A DNA stretch of 64,000 nt from IMG/VR virus record IMGVR_UViG_3300029705_006930; one strand, written 5' to 3'. Made by a program: the position numbers and the translations under genes. Within the stretch, counting starts at the first letter, position 1, and every line of letters begins with the position of its first letter. This document shows positions 1 through 9,639 of the stretch, in pieces. This stretch comes from a virus. Taxonomy: Duplodnaviria > Heunggongvirae > Uroviricota > Caudoviricetes. The notes under the pieces were generated by a model. That model did no database searches, was not told the origin of the DNA, and saw only the letters and a list, made by a program, of their open reading frames with translations.

Positions 1-109
1 TTGTATCTACCCCGCCACAAAATTCATACAGGGCGCAATTTTCACAATTGCAATATTCATCGAACAATATAAGCAATTTCCTCCTTTGCTATATTTTTGT
101 ACTTTAACT

Positions 110-1411
110 CTATATCTCATTTTCAATCTCCTCATCTTCATCGTTATATCGTATCGGACTACCTACGGGAAGCATCTCTAAAAATGCTGCTCCAGGCAAC
201 CAATATTTACTTCCATCATTTGTTCTTTTTGCAACTGAAAAATGTATGTGTGCTATGCGTCCTAAATAATCATCTCTGTGTTCCCAAAATTCTTTGCGTT
301 CTTCATCGCTATATCCAAGAGGCAGCACGACGTTGCTACCTTTATAATCAACTATAAAACTCTGCAGTATATCTTCATTTTCTTTTTTTGTGTAATCAAC
401 TATCATCAAATCTGCTTCATGCATTTGTCTTAGGTATAAGAAACTTTCACTGTTCTGTCGGTATTTATATAAGTCATAATCAAGATTAACTAAAATTCCT
501 GCGTATCCTTTTTCTTTGGCTACTCTGAATGCTTTTAAAATATTTCCTCTGTAACGTCCATTAAATAAAATCGGGGCAAGTTGTATATGTTCGGTAGGTG
601 TAAAATTCGTCTCTAAAAATGTTCGTCGGTCTTTATATATGTTTTTACATGTCTTACGGTTAAATTCTTTCAAAGATAATATGTCATAGATATAAAATAT
701 AATGTCACTTTTATCGCGCTCTGGCAGTCGGACTATCCATCGCTCTTTCATTCGGCGGTCATAAGGGGAGAGGTCTTTTGCATCCTCACCTTTATAAACA
801 AGTTCGCCATCAAATACCACTTCATCAAACGGCAAGTCATTAAATTCCTGCAAGAGTTCATCGAAGCCCTCAAGGACAATGCCGAAGCGTGTATACATTC
901 TTGCTTCGCCACATTCTTTGATAACAGCGCAGCGGGTGCCATTGTACCAACCGGAAACTGTGAACTGTCGCTGACGCACATAGTCTTCGTTACCATAGTA
1001 CAGCCCCGGCATCATCAATGGGATTTCATAAACAGTTCCCGCGCCATATACTGTATTGACCTGTTTGGCTGAAACATTTATTTCAAGGTCTCTCAGCACC
1101 GCATCAATCAAAAAGTCGTGGAGCTCAGCGGGGTAGAGGGTAAGAGAACCATGTATCTTTGCCACAGCTTTTTTATTACCCGCCCCCATATATGTCAGAT
1201 ATTCAAGCAGGTCATCACCTTCGCCTGTCACAAACGGCACAACGTCTTCGGCTGTAATTTCGGACGGCGCCCATTTATCAAAGATAAGGAAACGGCTTAA
1301 CCCAAGACGCGTTTTCCCAAACTGATACAATAAAAAGTCTGTCCACTTGGTATTTGTTGCATTACGGCGCAATATGCGTATTTTTTCATCATAAGATGTT
1401 GTGGCCGCCAA
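110..1411 (-). CDS. ATP-dependent ligase-fold nucleotidyltransferase-like protein, probably non-catalytic
   Basis: Ordered motifs with ligase-like spacing: SGWYNGTR (motif I position, K replaced by W), FDGELV (III), IFYIYDIL (IIIa), EKGYAGILVN (IV, K replaced by N). Window edge; N-terminus at 1411. Confidence 0.35.
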   Translation of the reverse strand: MAATTSYDEKIRILRRNATNTKWTDFLLYQFGKTRLGLSRFLIFDKWAPSEITAEDVVPFVTGEGDDLLEYLTYMGAGNKKAVAKIHGSLTLYPAELHDFLIDAVLRDLEINVSAKQVNTVYGAGTVYEIPLMMPGLYYGNEDYVRQRQFTVSGWYNGTRCAVIKECGEARMYTRFGIVLEGFDELLQEFNDLPFDEVVFDGELVYKGEDAKDLSPYDRRMKERWIVRLPERDKSDIIFYIYDILSLKEFNRKTCKNIYKDRRTFLETNFTPTEHIQLAPILFNGRYRGNILKAFRVAKEKGYAGILVNLDYDLYKYRQNSESFLYLRQMHEADLMIVDYTKKENEDILQSFIVDYKGSNVVLPLGYSDEERKEFWEHRDDYLGRIAHIHFSVAKRTNDGSKYWLPGAAFLEMLPVGSPIRYNDEDEEIENEI

Positions 1412-1455
1412 CGCATCTGCAATTTGTTTAATTTCGTGTATTTATATCGCCCCCT

Positions 1456-2382
1456 TTAAAATAATTCATCATCTGATATATCAGCGGAAATCTCTGCGAC
1501 TGCTTTTTGCGCATCAAGATATTCCTTAATTTCTGGCGGTAACTGTGATGTTACATATGTACGTTCATCAACAGTCATATTTCCAAGCTGTTTTTTGAAT
1601 TGATGATAGAATGCATTACAGTATTCCTGCTGCCAACAATAATTAGGCCGCAACAGATTGCTTGTATTGACAAAAATTGTCTTATGATTATGAAAAACAC
1701 CTTGTACAACAGCACTCATTGGTTTACCAAAGAATATCAATCCAAGCTCTTTTAACAATCCACATATTTCAGAAGTTGTTGATGAACTGTTATAACCTAG
1801 CCCATCCGCAATTTCACCTCGTGATATATACGCATAACGAGGTTGTTTTGACTGTGACTTGCGTTCATCTGCTACTTTGCCCTGATATATTAAAAATTTA
1901 ATATAGATATAATGTAACAATAAAGCTCGAAAGCCATATTTTTTGCCGACACCTAAAGACGCCGTCATCAAAGTCATATATTCACCCTGGGTAATAACTC
2001 GAAAGAACACTTTTATATTCTTATCTGTTTGTCCATTAAAAAACACTGGATTAAGACGGACTATTATTGCGGAACGATTGTCCTGAAATTTTGCTGCATT
2101 TAGAATGACATTGTTAGCATAGAAAAAATCAAGTACAGCATTTAAATTTTCAATATGAGCTTTGCGCACACTCTGAGCATGAATCCCGATATAATTGCAT
2201 AATATTTCAGGATTCACAATACTGATATTGCCATGAGTTTTACAAAACTGTAATCCACAAAATACTGTCAAACTGTTTGGTATAGCTAATTCCGCATCAA
2301 TCATCATTTGCGGAATAAATATTTTTAAATCTTTACAATCGTCTTGAATTGCCTCAGATAATATCTTTAATTCTTCTGTCAT
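1456..2382 (-). CDS. Rep-like protein with winged-helix segment (putative replication initiator)
   Basis: RBS AAGGAGGG before the internal ATG (MTEELKIL). wHTH-like segment YISRGEIADGLGYNSSSTTSEICGLLKELGLI. Iteron-like repeats immediately upstream. Confidence 0.3.
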   Translation of the reverse strand: MTEELKILSEAIQDDCKDLKIFIPQMMIDAELAIPNSLTVFCGLQFCKTHGNISIVNPEILCNYIGIHAQSVRKAHIENLNAVLDFFYANNVILNAAKFQDNRSAIIVRLNPVFFNGQTDKNIKVFFRVITQGEYMTLMTASLGVGKKYGFRALLLHYIYIKFLIYQGKVADERKSQSKQPRYAYISRGEIADGLGYNSSSTTSEICGLLKELGLIFFGKPMSAVVQGVFHNHKTIFVNTSNLLRPNYCWQQEYCNAFYHQFKKQLGNMTVDERTYVTSQLPPEIKEYLDAQKAVAEISADISDDELF

Positions 2383-2440
2383 AAACCCTCCTTCATTTTT
2401 AGATGTCAAAAATCTGCGCCTGCGTCGAAGATATATATAC

Positions 2441-2495
2441 CTATATAAAGAGATACGTATATAAAGAGAAACCTATATAAAGAGATACGATACTC
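2441..2495. repeat. Three tandem iteron-like direct repeats (CCTATATAAAGAGATACG / TATATAAAGAGAAA)
   Basis: Direct repeats read between the Rep-like gene and the integrase; candidate origin iterons. Confidence 0.5.
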
Positions 2496-2620
2496 ATATT
2501 TTTTATAAATAAAAAATATTCGTCCTGTGCCGTTGTGTTGTTGTTTGTTGCGTCGTGTTTTTTGCCGTTGTCACTGTGCCTTGTATGGTTACTGTGGGCT
2601 TTGTCTGTGTTCCTGTGTGC

Positions 2621-3442
2621 CTACCCATTTAATGCGCTGTCAATACTGTCCGCCATCGCATTAATTTCGCCCTGTGTTATTGTAAGGTATGTTTTTGTTA
2701 CGCGCTGGTCACTGTGCTTGTACTTTGCCTGCAAGATGTCCATAACACTGTCGTTGTTCATTGTTTTGCGCGCTGTGTATCCGTATGTTTTGCGCAGTGT
2801 ATGTGTTGCCACGTTCTGTGTGAGGCCCGCCGCCTTTGCACCTTTCTTTAAAATGTCCCACATTTGGTGCAGGCTCATTTGCCCGCCATTGTCACTTTTC
2901 TGGGACTTGATAAGGTAGTCGCTCATTGTATAGTTGCCGTTGAGATGTTCAATGTACATTTCAATGGCTTTTTTTGCGCCCGCTGTTATTTTGTTGCGAT
3001 TGTACTTGCCGGTCTTTTGTTCGTACACATCATAGTAATCTTTTACTGTACCATCCTCATTGAGAACGTCACTGATGCGCGCTCTGAGCAGGTCACTGCC
3101 TCTGTCCCCAATGGTGCAGCCAAACACTACCATCATATAATTGCGGTACTTGTGTCGGCCCCCATGTTCAAGGAAGTAGTTTGCGAGACGCTGAAATTCG
3201 TCCGCGCTGTAAAGAGGCTCTGCACTCTGTGCCTTTTTCACGCCATTGCTTTTGTAAGGCGACGCTGTTCTTGGTGCACGCTGTTTTGGCGCTGGCTTTG
3301 CTGCGGCCATTGCCTGAGCCACTGCATTTGCTATGATGCTCTGGAGCTCGTCCTGTGTCATTTGGAGCTTTGGTGCTGCCGCCTGTGCAGGAAAGTTGAT
3401 TGTATTATTCTGTACGTTTTGTTCTTTTGGCTGAGCGTTCAT
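2621..3442 (-). CDS. int: Tyrosine site-specific recombinase / integrase
   Basis: C-terminal catalytic box HTLRKTYGYTARK ... AKYKHSDQRVTKTYL (R..HxxR..Y). RBS AAGGAGG before the ATG at 3442. Confidence 0.8.
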   Translation of the reverse strand: MNAQPKEQNVQNNTINFPAQAAAPKLQMTQDELQSIIANAVAQAMAAAKPAPKQRAPRTASPYKSNGVKKAQSAEPLYSADEFQRLANYFLEHGGRHKYRNYMMVVFGCTIGDRGSDLLRARISDVLNEDGTVKDYYDVYEQKTGKYNRNKITAGAKKAIEMYIEHLNGNYTMSDYLIKSQKSDNGGQMSLHQMWDILKKGAKAAGLTQNVATHTLRKTYGYTARKTMNNDSVMDILQAKYKHSDQRVTKTYLTITQGEINAMADSIDSALNG

Positions 3443-3514
3443 AGGTGCCTCCTTGTTTGGATTTTTGTTTCCTCTTTTATTGTCTATATTATACCATGAG
3501 AGGGGCTCTTTGAT

Positions 3515-3585
3515 AACGGGGTTTTTGAAAAAACCAAAGAACTTTTTTAAATTTTTTGTGGCGCTTTATATATGTTAATGTATAT
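3515..3585. promoter_or_regulatory. Palindromes upstream of int (GGGGTTTTTTGAAAAAACC; TATATATGTTAATGTATATA)
   Basis: Perfect inverted repeats in the int 5' region; candidate operator or arm-type/att sites. Confidence 0.3.
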
Positions 3586-3599
3586 AAGGAAAGGTTGAT

Positions 3600-4240
3600 G
3601 CGGTTGTTGCGGGGCAGTGTGATTTGGCGCAAAATTAGGCGATTTTTAGGGTGTTTGCAATTGTGTAAGGTCTGGTGTTGGAAATTTGGAAAGGTGTCTT
3701 AATGCCTGAATTTGAGGCTCTGGTGGGGTTATTCTATCACAGTGCTGACGCACTGTGGCGTCGCTGTGCTCCTTTATCTTATCAACGATGAAATGTTTGT
3801 TATTATGTTGCGCGAGAGAGGGTGTGGGGCGCGAAATTTGGGGGCCGGAGAGGTGGGAGGCGCGGTTTTGGGGCGAAATTGGGGCCCGGGTGGCCGGGGC
3901 TAAAATGGGCGTTTCCGGGGGTGTTTTGAGGGGTGTTTGGATAAGTTGCACAAAAATAGAAAAGCCACAGCCGGCTCTGTATGGGGCTAGCTGTGGTTCT
4001 TGTTGTTTATGGGCGTGATTTTGTTGTTTTTATAGTGTTTTGTGGCAAAAATGGTGAAAAAATGTGTAAAAAGGCGCGAAAATGCGTCAAAATGTGTGAT
4101 TTTTGATGATTTTTGGGTGGATTTGGTGTGGAATCAGGGCGAAATGGTGTGGAATGTTGTGTTTGGAGGGTGTTGTGGGGGTGAAAAGTGGACAAATATT
4201 GCTTTTTATGAGCCGAGAGTGAGATATAGCGACGCGTAGC
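3600..4240. other. G+T-skewed non-coding region (C/A-poor on + strand) with G-runs and short repeated motifs
   Basis: Long stretches almost devoid of C. Repeated GGCGCGAAA, GGTGTGGAAT, GAAAATG. Hairpin AGCCACAGCcggctctgtatggggctaGCTGTGGTT. Only low-complexity spurious ORFs. Confidence 0.5.
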
Positions 4241-4306
4241 TTATTATATACATTAAATCTGTCGCAAAGTCAAAATATCCCCCTACGGCAGTTTAAACCG
4301 CTTTAT

Positions 4307-4340
4307 ATCGGTAAATATCAACCTTTGTGAAAAGTTGATA
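4307..4340 (+). terminator. Rho-independent terminator-like hairpin (ATATCAAC..GTTGATAT + T-run)
   Basis: 8 bp perfect stem followed by TTTTTT. Confidence 0.5.
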
Positions 4341-4390
4341 TTTTTTGTACAAAATTTTTCGATTTTTCAAAAATCGGACGCTTGTTGCTA

Positions 4391-4419
4391 TTGACAATCT
4401 GTCGCTCAGGATTTACAAT
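4391..4419 (+). promoter_or_regulatory. SigA-type promoter TTGACA-N17-TACAAT for the sigma-factor gene
   Basis: Consensus -35 and near-consensus -10. Flanked by palindrome CGATTTTTCAAAAATCG (4357–4375) and inverted repeat GTGTAAACcgacaaGTTTACAC (4428–4449). Confidence 0.55.
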
Positions 4420-4545
4420 TTTAAGTGTAAACCGACAAGTTTACACCTACAATTCAATATATCTGTTGTGATTGTTCAAAGGGGGGTACAGATACACAAT
4501 CACAAAATCACACACTATTCAATATTTAAAGGAAGGTATTTATCT

Positions 4546-5241
4546 ATGAAAAAACTCACAAGAAAACAGCTTAAAGCAATAAAAAACACATCAAGCTACA
4601 AATATTTTGAACAATTGAAAACCCTTAAAGGCTCAATGCCGGCAGACAGCAAAAAAACCTATATAGAGCCAAATTCAGACCTTGAAAAATTCGCAAAATT
4701 GCAAGTTATGACCTTAAACAAATATATCCGCCAAGACGGCAAGGGACACAACTTGGCAGCACAAGTTTTGCAAGATTTACAACAGCAAGCTTGTTTGCTT
4801 ATTCTGGAAAACCCTTTAAGCCTTGACTGCTTTACAACAGAACAAGATAAACAGACAGAACAACAGCAACAAGCATTTAAGGCGGTTAAAAATGGTTTAT
4901 ATAGGTATTATTATCACAACTATACAAGCCGCAGCACATCTAAAATTCACAATAACCCGTCAAGTTACATTGCAACAGCTACATATCAAGCAACCGACGA
5001 TATCGGCAAAGATGCACGCGACAGCTATCAAATGGACCTTTACAAATTACATCTGGATGCAATTTTGACAATTTTAACAACGGATGAAAAATACATCTTT
5101 AATGGTTTATTTGTTGAAAACTTAACACAAAAACAACTTGCCGAAAAACTCAATAAATCACAAACTTATGTAGCAAAAACACTTGCAAATATCCGTAGCA
5201 AAATCAAAGCAAATGACCTTGATACACCGATAAACAATTAA
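4546..5241 (+). CDS. Phage-encoded sigma-70 family sigma factor
   Basis: Region-4 HTH LTQKQLAEKLNKSQTYVAKTLANIRSKI; region-2-like upstream segment. RBS AAAGGAAGG; start at codon 68 of the track ORF. Confidence 0.6.
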   Translation: MKKLTRKQLKAIKNTSSYKYFEQLKTLKGSMPADSKKTYIEPNSDLEKFAKLQVMTLNKYIRQDGKGHNLAAQVLQDLQQQACLLILENPLSLDCFTTEQDKQTEQQQQAFKAVKNGLYRYYYHNYTSRSTSKIHNNPSSYIATATYQATDDIGKDARDSYQMDLYKLHLDAILTILTTDEKYIFNGLFVENLTQKQLAEKLNKSQTYVAKTLANIRSKIKANDLDTPINN

Positions 5242-5253
5242 ACCATTATATAA

Positions 5254-5286
5254 AAGGCGGTCACATTTGTGACCGCTTTTTTGTTG
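5254..5286 (+). terminator. Rho-independent terminator (GCGGTCAC-attt-GTGACCGC + T-run)
   Basis: Read directly after the sigma gene stop. Confidence 0.7.
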
Positions 5287-6053
5287 TTCAGGTTATCAAA
5301 AAACATATAAATTATGTACAATTGTTGTAAAATATGGATAAATAAACCATTTTAAACTTTTTGGTAATATTTTTGAGTTTTCATTCAATATATATGCGAC
5401 AGCTAATAGCGGTTAGCGGTTAGGGTGTTAAGCCTTGCCCGCTTGACCGCTTTTTGTCTGTCTGTTTTGCTATGCTTAATTTGTAAGTATAGGACAGGAC
5501 AACCTACCAAGTAGGGACAGCCCAAACGCACAATGTTAGCGTGTTTTGGTTGAAAAAATTTCGGTTTTTTCTTACCTATTGATTGTGTCCCTTTAAAAAA
5601 GGACAGCGGTTCACTCCGCAAGCAAGCCGTCGAGAGATAGTAGATGTTGACACCCTCTTATAAACTGCAAGTAAGGTAGTAAAACAAAAGCCGTAAACGG
5701 CTTGGCTCTTTAAGGTGCCGTTTAGCTAACGGATAAGCGGAAATTGTTCAAAAAAATAATTTTTGTTTGTGAGCGGTTCATTGTGAATATCCAAGGATGT
5801 ACACAACCAAAATGAATTGCCGTCATTACATCTTAGGATGTAAAGGTGGTTACGCAAACGAACAAAAACGAAATTTTCAACAAGAGTATGTGAGAATGTT
5901 TACGATATTTCCAAAGCCGACAGTGAAATGATATATCTGTCGGCTTTTCTTGTAAGCGAATAAGCTCAATAAAAAGTTTGTTCTCTTACAAGATTGTACA
6001 CTCGGTACAGTCTCATTGTAAACATACGCTACATATTCCAAGGAGTAACAATT

Positions 6054-6920
6054 ATGAAACTTAACGAAAAGAAAAACGAAATTTTGTCCGCTATTTCCGC
6101 ACTTAACAAGTTGCTTGTAAACAACGAAAGCAAAAAAGCCGATATCGACAAGGCTCTTGAAAACATCCAGAGCGAAATCAAAGCCTACAATGCCGAAAGA
6201 ACAAGGCTCACTTTTGTTGGGTTGGCTCAGACTGATGAACCTGTTAAAAACGCAATCATTCAGTTGAATTTTGACATCATCAAACTGAAAACAAACAAAG
6301 ACAAGGACACAGATAAAGTGTCATATGAACTTGTAAATGCGAAAAAACAAATCGAATTGCTTGAATTTTCAAAGTATCTCGGTAAAGCAAGTTTTGCAGA
6401 CGAAAACTGGAAATACAAAGTGGAAAAATTCAATCAGCTTATCACATTCAAAGCGGTAAAAGATTTGAATGGCGATATGAACACAATCGCAAAAAGTTTC
6501 TACATCAGCAAACTTGCTGAAAGTGTTGATTTGGGCAAAACACCAACATCAAACACACAGGTTCTCAAACAGTTGCAGACTGTTGTGGACGCAATCATTC
6601 ACGAAAACAAAAGCGAGAATGATGACACAAACAAATTCAAAGTACTGTCTCACGATGTTGCATACATCGTAAAATTGATGTGTAAACGTGCCGACAGCGG
6701 AAAAATCGTAATGCCAAAAGTTTCCTCAATGCACACATTGGTGATGGATGTACTTCACCGTATTGTATGCGACCTCGATTACAAAATCGAATATTCCAAG
6801 AAAAAGGAAGAAGAAACTGCACAGGCTGAAGCCGAAAATGAAATCGAAGCAGCTCAGGAAGAACCAAAAGCTGTAGATGAAAATGCTGAAGAAAAAACAG
6901 CAAAACCAAAAGCGAAATAA
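6054..6920 (+). CDS. Hypothetical early protein, K/E-rich C-terminus
   Basis: RBS AAGGAG; long 5' leader of about 600 nt with hairpins; terminator follows. Confidence 0.6.
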   Translation: MKLNEKKNEILSAISALNKLLVNNESKKADIDKALENIQSEIKAYNAERTRLTFVGLAQTDEPVKNAIIQLNFDIIKLKTNKDKDTDKVSYELVNAKKQIELLEFSKYLGKASFADENWKYKVEKFNQLITFKAVKDLNGDMNTIAKSFYISKLAESVDLGKTPTSNTQVLKQLQTVVDAIIHENKSENDDTNKFKVLSHDVAYIVKLMCKRADSGKIVMPKVSSMHTLVMDVLHRIVCDLDYKIEYSKKKEEETAQAEAENEIEAAQEEPKAVDENAEEKTAKPKAK

Positions 6921-6962
6921 TCGAAAACAAAAATCAAAAATGAATTCAAATCAAAGCTGAAT

Positions 6963-7000
6963 GTGTCACAGCGGGCAAAAGCTCGCTGTGTATCATTGAG
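6963..7000 (+). terminator. Terminator hairpin CACAGCGGGCaaaaGCTCGCTGTG + T-run
   Basis: Stem-loop then TTTTATTTTTT. Confidence 0.5.
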
Positions 7001-7075
7001 CTTTTATTTTTTAAGGCACATCATAGACGCATATGGTGAGCGAAAATGGTTCAAAAAAATTTTTGGAGGTCAAAA

Positions 7076-7243
7076 ATGAAATCATCTTATAAACGCAAAC
7101 TGCGTAAACAAAAACGAGCTGGTTTATTTGCATTTGTTGCTGGCACAATCGGCAGCATCCTTGTAAGCAACTGGTTTGTCGCAATGCTTTTTTATCCATT
7201 GGCTTGGATATTGTTAACCACAAAGGAAATCATTTGGGAGTAA
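7076..7243 (+). CDS. Small membrane protein
   Basis: RBS GGAGG; basic N-terminus then one hydrophobic helix. Confidence 0.4.
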   Translation: MKSSYKRKLRKQKRAGLFAFVAGTIGSILVSNWFVAMLFYPLAWILLTTKEIIWE

Positions 7244-7302
7244 AATGATTTGCAAATCTCTCTCATATATGATAAAATCTAAAACGAAAGGGGGAGATAA
7301 AA

Positions 7303-7845
7303 ATGTACAACGAAAATGAAAAACCATTGGGAATGTCCGATGAAGAATGGGACGAATTAAACAAGCAAGCCTTCTTTCAGCAATGTCCTGACGAAGTAAA
7401 AGAAATTATCCGTAAACAAGGCATAAATCTTACCGATGAAGAACATGAACAAATATGGCAAGATTTACCAAAGTATTTTGCACATCTGCGCAAAGAACAT
7501 AAAAAGAAAAAAATCATAACTATGTTTACACCAGATGGTTTAAATAAAATTTCGCAGTGCATTAGCATTATAAAAACCATAGGTACTCTAATCAATGAGG
7601 ATGTAAAGATTGAACTTGCTCCAATTGAAACAATTTATCGAGCAAACCAAACAGTTTCTCAATTGATTATCGTAGTAATAAACGAAATTAAGTTTGGACA
7701 AGAAGTTGTAGATGGCAAATGTGGCAATTTATTGTCACAGCTCAATGAAATTGCGGATGTAATTAGTTTGTCCACTGATTATAGTGGAGAAAATATTTCA
7801 ATGCACATTTATATAAACGATGCAGTTGTTGTAAAGGAAATATAA
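7303..7845 (+). CDS. Hypothetical protein
   Basis: RBS AAGGGGGAG. Confidence 0.55.
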   Translation: MYNENEKPLGMSDEEWDELNKQAFFQQCPDEVKEIIRKQGINLTDEEHEQIWQDLPKYFAHLRKEHKKKKIITMFTPDGLNKISQCISIIKTIGTLINEDVKIELAPIETIYRANQTVSQLIIVVINEIKFGQEVVDGKCGNLLSQLNEIADVISLSTDYSGENISMHIYINDAVVVKEI

Positions 7846-7846
7846 A

Positions 7847-8071
7847 ATGGAATACGCAGATTTGATAAACAATTTAATTGCATATCGAAAAAGTCAGAAT
7901 ATTACAACTGTCGAACTTGCTCAAAAAATGAATGTAAGTCGACAATCAGTATATAATATTGAAACTTTGAAAAAAGCTGCACCAGATGAAACTTTGCAAA
8001 AAATGTGTCAAGCATTAAATTTGGAACTTGAAATTGTCCCAAAGCAATACAACATCAAATCCCAAAAATGA
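7847..8071 (+). CDS. XRE-family HTH transcriptional regulator
   Basis: ITTVELAQKMNVSRQSVYNIE, a classic Cro/CI-type HTH. Confidence 0.7.
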   Translation: MEYADLINNLIAYRKSQNITTVELAQKMNVSRQSVYNIETLKKAAPDETLQKMCQALNLELEIVPKQYNIKSQK

Positions 8072-8097
8072 ATTTAATTCCAACAACAAGAAAAGCT

Positions 8098-8130
8098 CAC
8101 GGCTCAGGCTGTGGGCTTTTTTGGTTGCTG
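8098..8130 (+). terminator. Terminator-like hairpin + TTTTTT
   Basis: GCTCACGGCTCAGGCTGTGGGCTTTTTT. Confidence 0.4.
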
Positions 8131-8342
8131 TAACAACCACAATGAAAACATCTCATTGAGCCATTAGGGTAAACTGCGACCTCTTTTGACCTCCTGTGTC
8201 GCAGTTCTCCTCAGTGCCTCAAGAATTTTTTCATATTTACTACCTCTTTCGTAATTGATTGGAGAGCCTATGACTACGGTTGTAGGCTCTCTTGTTTATT
8301 ACGAACACACACACTACATCAACGCGAAAGGAGAATAAAAAA

Positions 8343-8639
8343 ATGAAACCAAAGCGTCTTAAAGCGCGCATCAGCTACGAGTCCGCAGCCGGTGTGCCAG
8401 TAACTTTTGACCGCAAAAATCTCAAAGCTTGGATAGACTTTGAAAATGAAACCTTTACATATACCATTCTTGAAGACGGTGACGTTATAGTGCCGGCTGA
8501 TTTCGGCAAAGACCACGACTACATCAGTGTGCTCACAGGGCAGGTATATGTTTTGGTGCACGAAGTAATTTGGAAACCAGGTGAAGAAATGCCACACGCA
8601 AGACTTATCGGCTATGCAACCGATTGGCAGTACATTTAA
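8343..8639 (+). CDS. Hypothetical protein
   Basis: RBS AAAGGAGAA; start at codon 18 of the track ORF. Confidence 0.5.
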   Translation: MKPKRLKARISYESAAGVPVTFDRKNLKAWIDFENETFTYTILEDGDVIVPADFGKDHDYISVLTGQVYVLVHEVIWKPGEEMPHARLIGYATDWQYI

Positions 8640-8651
8640 AGGGAGAAAACT

Positions 8652-8975
8652 ATGGAAGGAAAATTTTTGCTCAATCAGTACACAATTCTGATTGATAAAC
8701 ACGAACTTGCTGAACGCATTGCCGAGTGCGAAAGCACCGCTGTGCTCGAATGTGAACTTATCAACCGCGCCACAACTATGCAACCACAGATACTGCGTAG
8801 TGAAAATAGCTACAGAGAAGCAACAGAACACCACATATATTATCGCAACTCAATTAGCCTTGAACGCAATGCATATAAGGTCACTGTTGTTGGTCTGCAC
8901 AGTCCCGACGGGCTTGAAGAATATGCTATGTTCAACAACACCTTGCGAGATGTCTATATTTCGCTCAAGACATAG
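8652..8975 (+). CDS. Hypothetical protein
   Basis: RBS AAGGGAGAA. Confidence 0.5.
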   Translation: MEGKFLLNQYTILIDKHELAERIAECESTAVLECELINRATTMQPQILRSENSYREATEHHIYYRNSISLERNAYKVTVVGLHSPDGLEEYAMFNNTLRDVYISLKT

Positions 8976-8983
8976 GCGAGCGA

Positions 8984-9012
8984 TTGACAAGCAAAATTTT
9001 TTAGCATAAAAT
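8984..9012 (+). promoter_or_regulatory. SigA-type promoter TTGACA-N17-TAAAAT
   Basis: Followed by operator-like TATGCAAA direct/inverted repeats at about 9030–9090. Confidence 0.5.
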
Positions 9013-9172
9013 ACAACCAATGGTTGTTAATATGCAAATATGCAATAGTTTTGCATAAATATTCATATGCAAAATGTCAACTTTGTGCACTTTGTACAGT
9101 TGATATTTCCATATATTACCAGCAACCAAGCGGTAATGTATACGTTATGATATATGAAAAGGGGGATTAAAT

Positions 9173-9622
9173 ATGGAAATTGAAAATGTAAATAAAAAGT
9201 CGGAGAAAACAACTCAGTATTACAAGGTAAGAGTAATCATATATAGACGTTTGCTGTTTGGATATTATGAAACTTACACAAATTTGATTGATGATGCAGT
9301 ACAGACTGCTGTCACTCAGATGTCGCCAGAGATAATGCATCAAATGTTAGGTGGCAAAGAATACAGTAAATTTTGTAAATGTGTTTATGATATCAAAGGG
9401 TGTAGATGCTATGACATTAATGATGCTCAGGGAATATATTGCTATATTGATTGTGTTGAACAGCCCCGAAAAGATATTGCAAGACAAATTGGTTGGCTTG
9501 AATGTCATTGCAAAGATGATAAAGAAAAAGCATTGCGCAAACATCTGCTTACAATAATCGATACATCAAGAATGAAAGATGGCTTGCGACCAATGTTTGC
9601 CAAACAAATATTAAAATTTTGA
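9173..9622 (+). CDS. Hypothetical Cys-rich protein (paralog pair member)
   Basis: Shares N-terminal KV.VI....YYxTYTNxID(D/E)A motif with the next gene. Confidence 0.55.
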   Translation: MEIENVNKKSEKTTQYYKVRVIIYRRLLFGYYETYTNLIDDAVQTAVTQMSPEIMHQMLGGKEYSKFCKCVYDIKGCRCYDINDAQGIYCYIDCVEQPRKDIARQIGWLECHCKDDKEKALRKHLLTIIDTSRMKDGLRPMFAKQILKF

Positions 9623-9639
9623 TAACGAGGTAAACAATT

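Noticed and set aside
2441-2495. CRISPR array
   Set aside because: Only about 3 short contiguous repeats without spacers; iteron-like. No cas genes anywhere in the window.
2535-4239. + strand and minus-strand ORFs in the GT-rich and int regions (2535..2918, 2864..3499, 3646..3951, 3755..4018, 4007..4195, 4042..4239)
   Set aside because: Low-complexity P/T/H- or C/L/V-rich translations of compositionally skewed DNA. They overlap the well-supported integrase or have no RBS.
5400-5990. Long non-coding leader upstream of 6054 as an sRNA gene
   Set aside because: Several hairpins, including a terminator-like AAGCCGACAG..CTGTCGGCTT, but no promoter-terminator pair could be defined with confidence. 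Left as a 5' leader.
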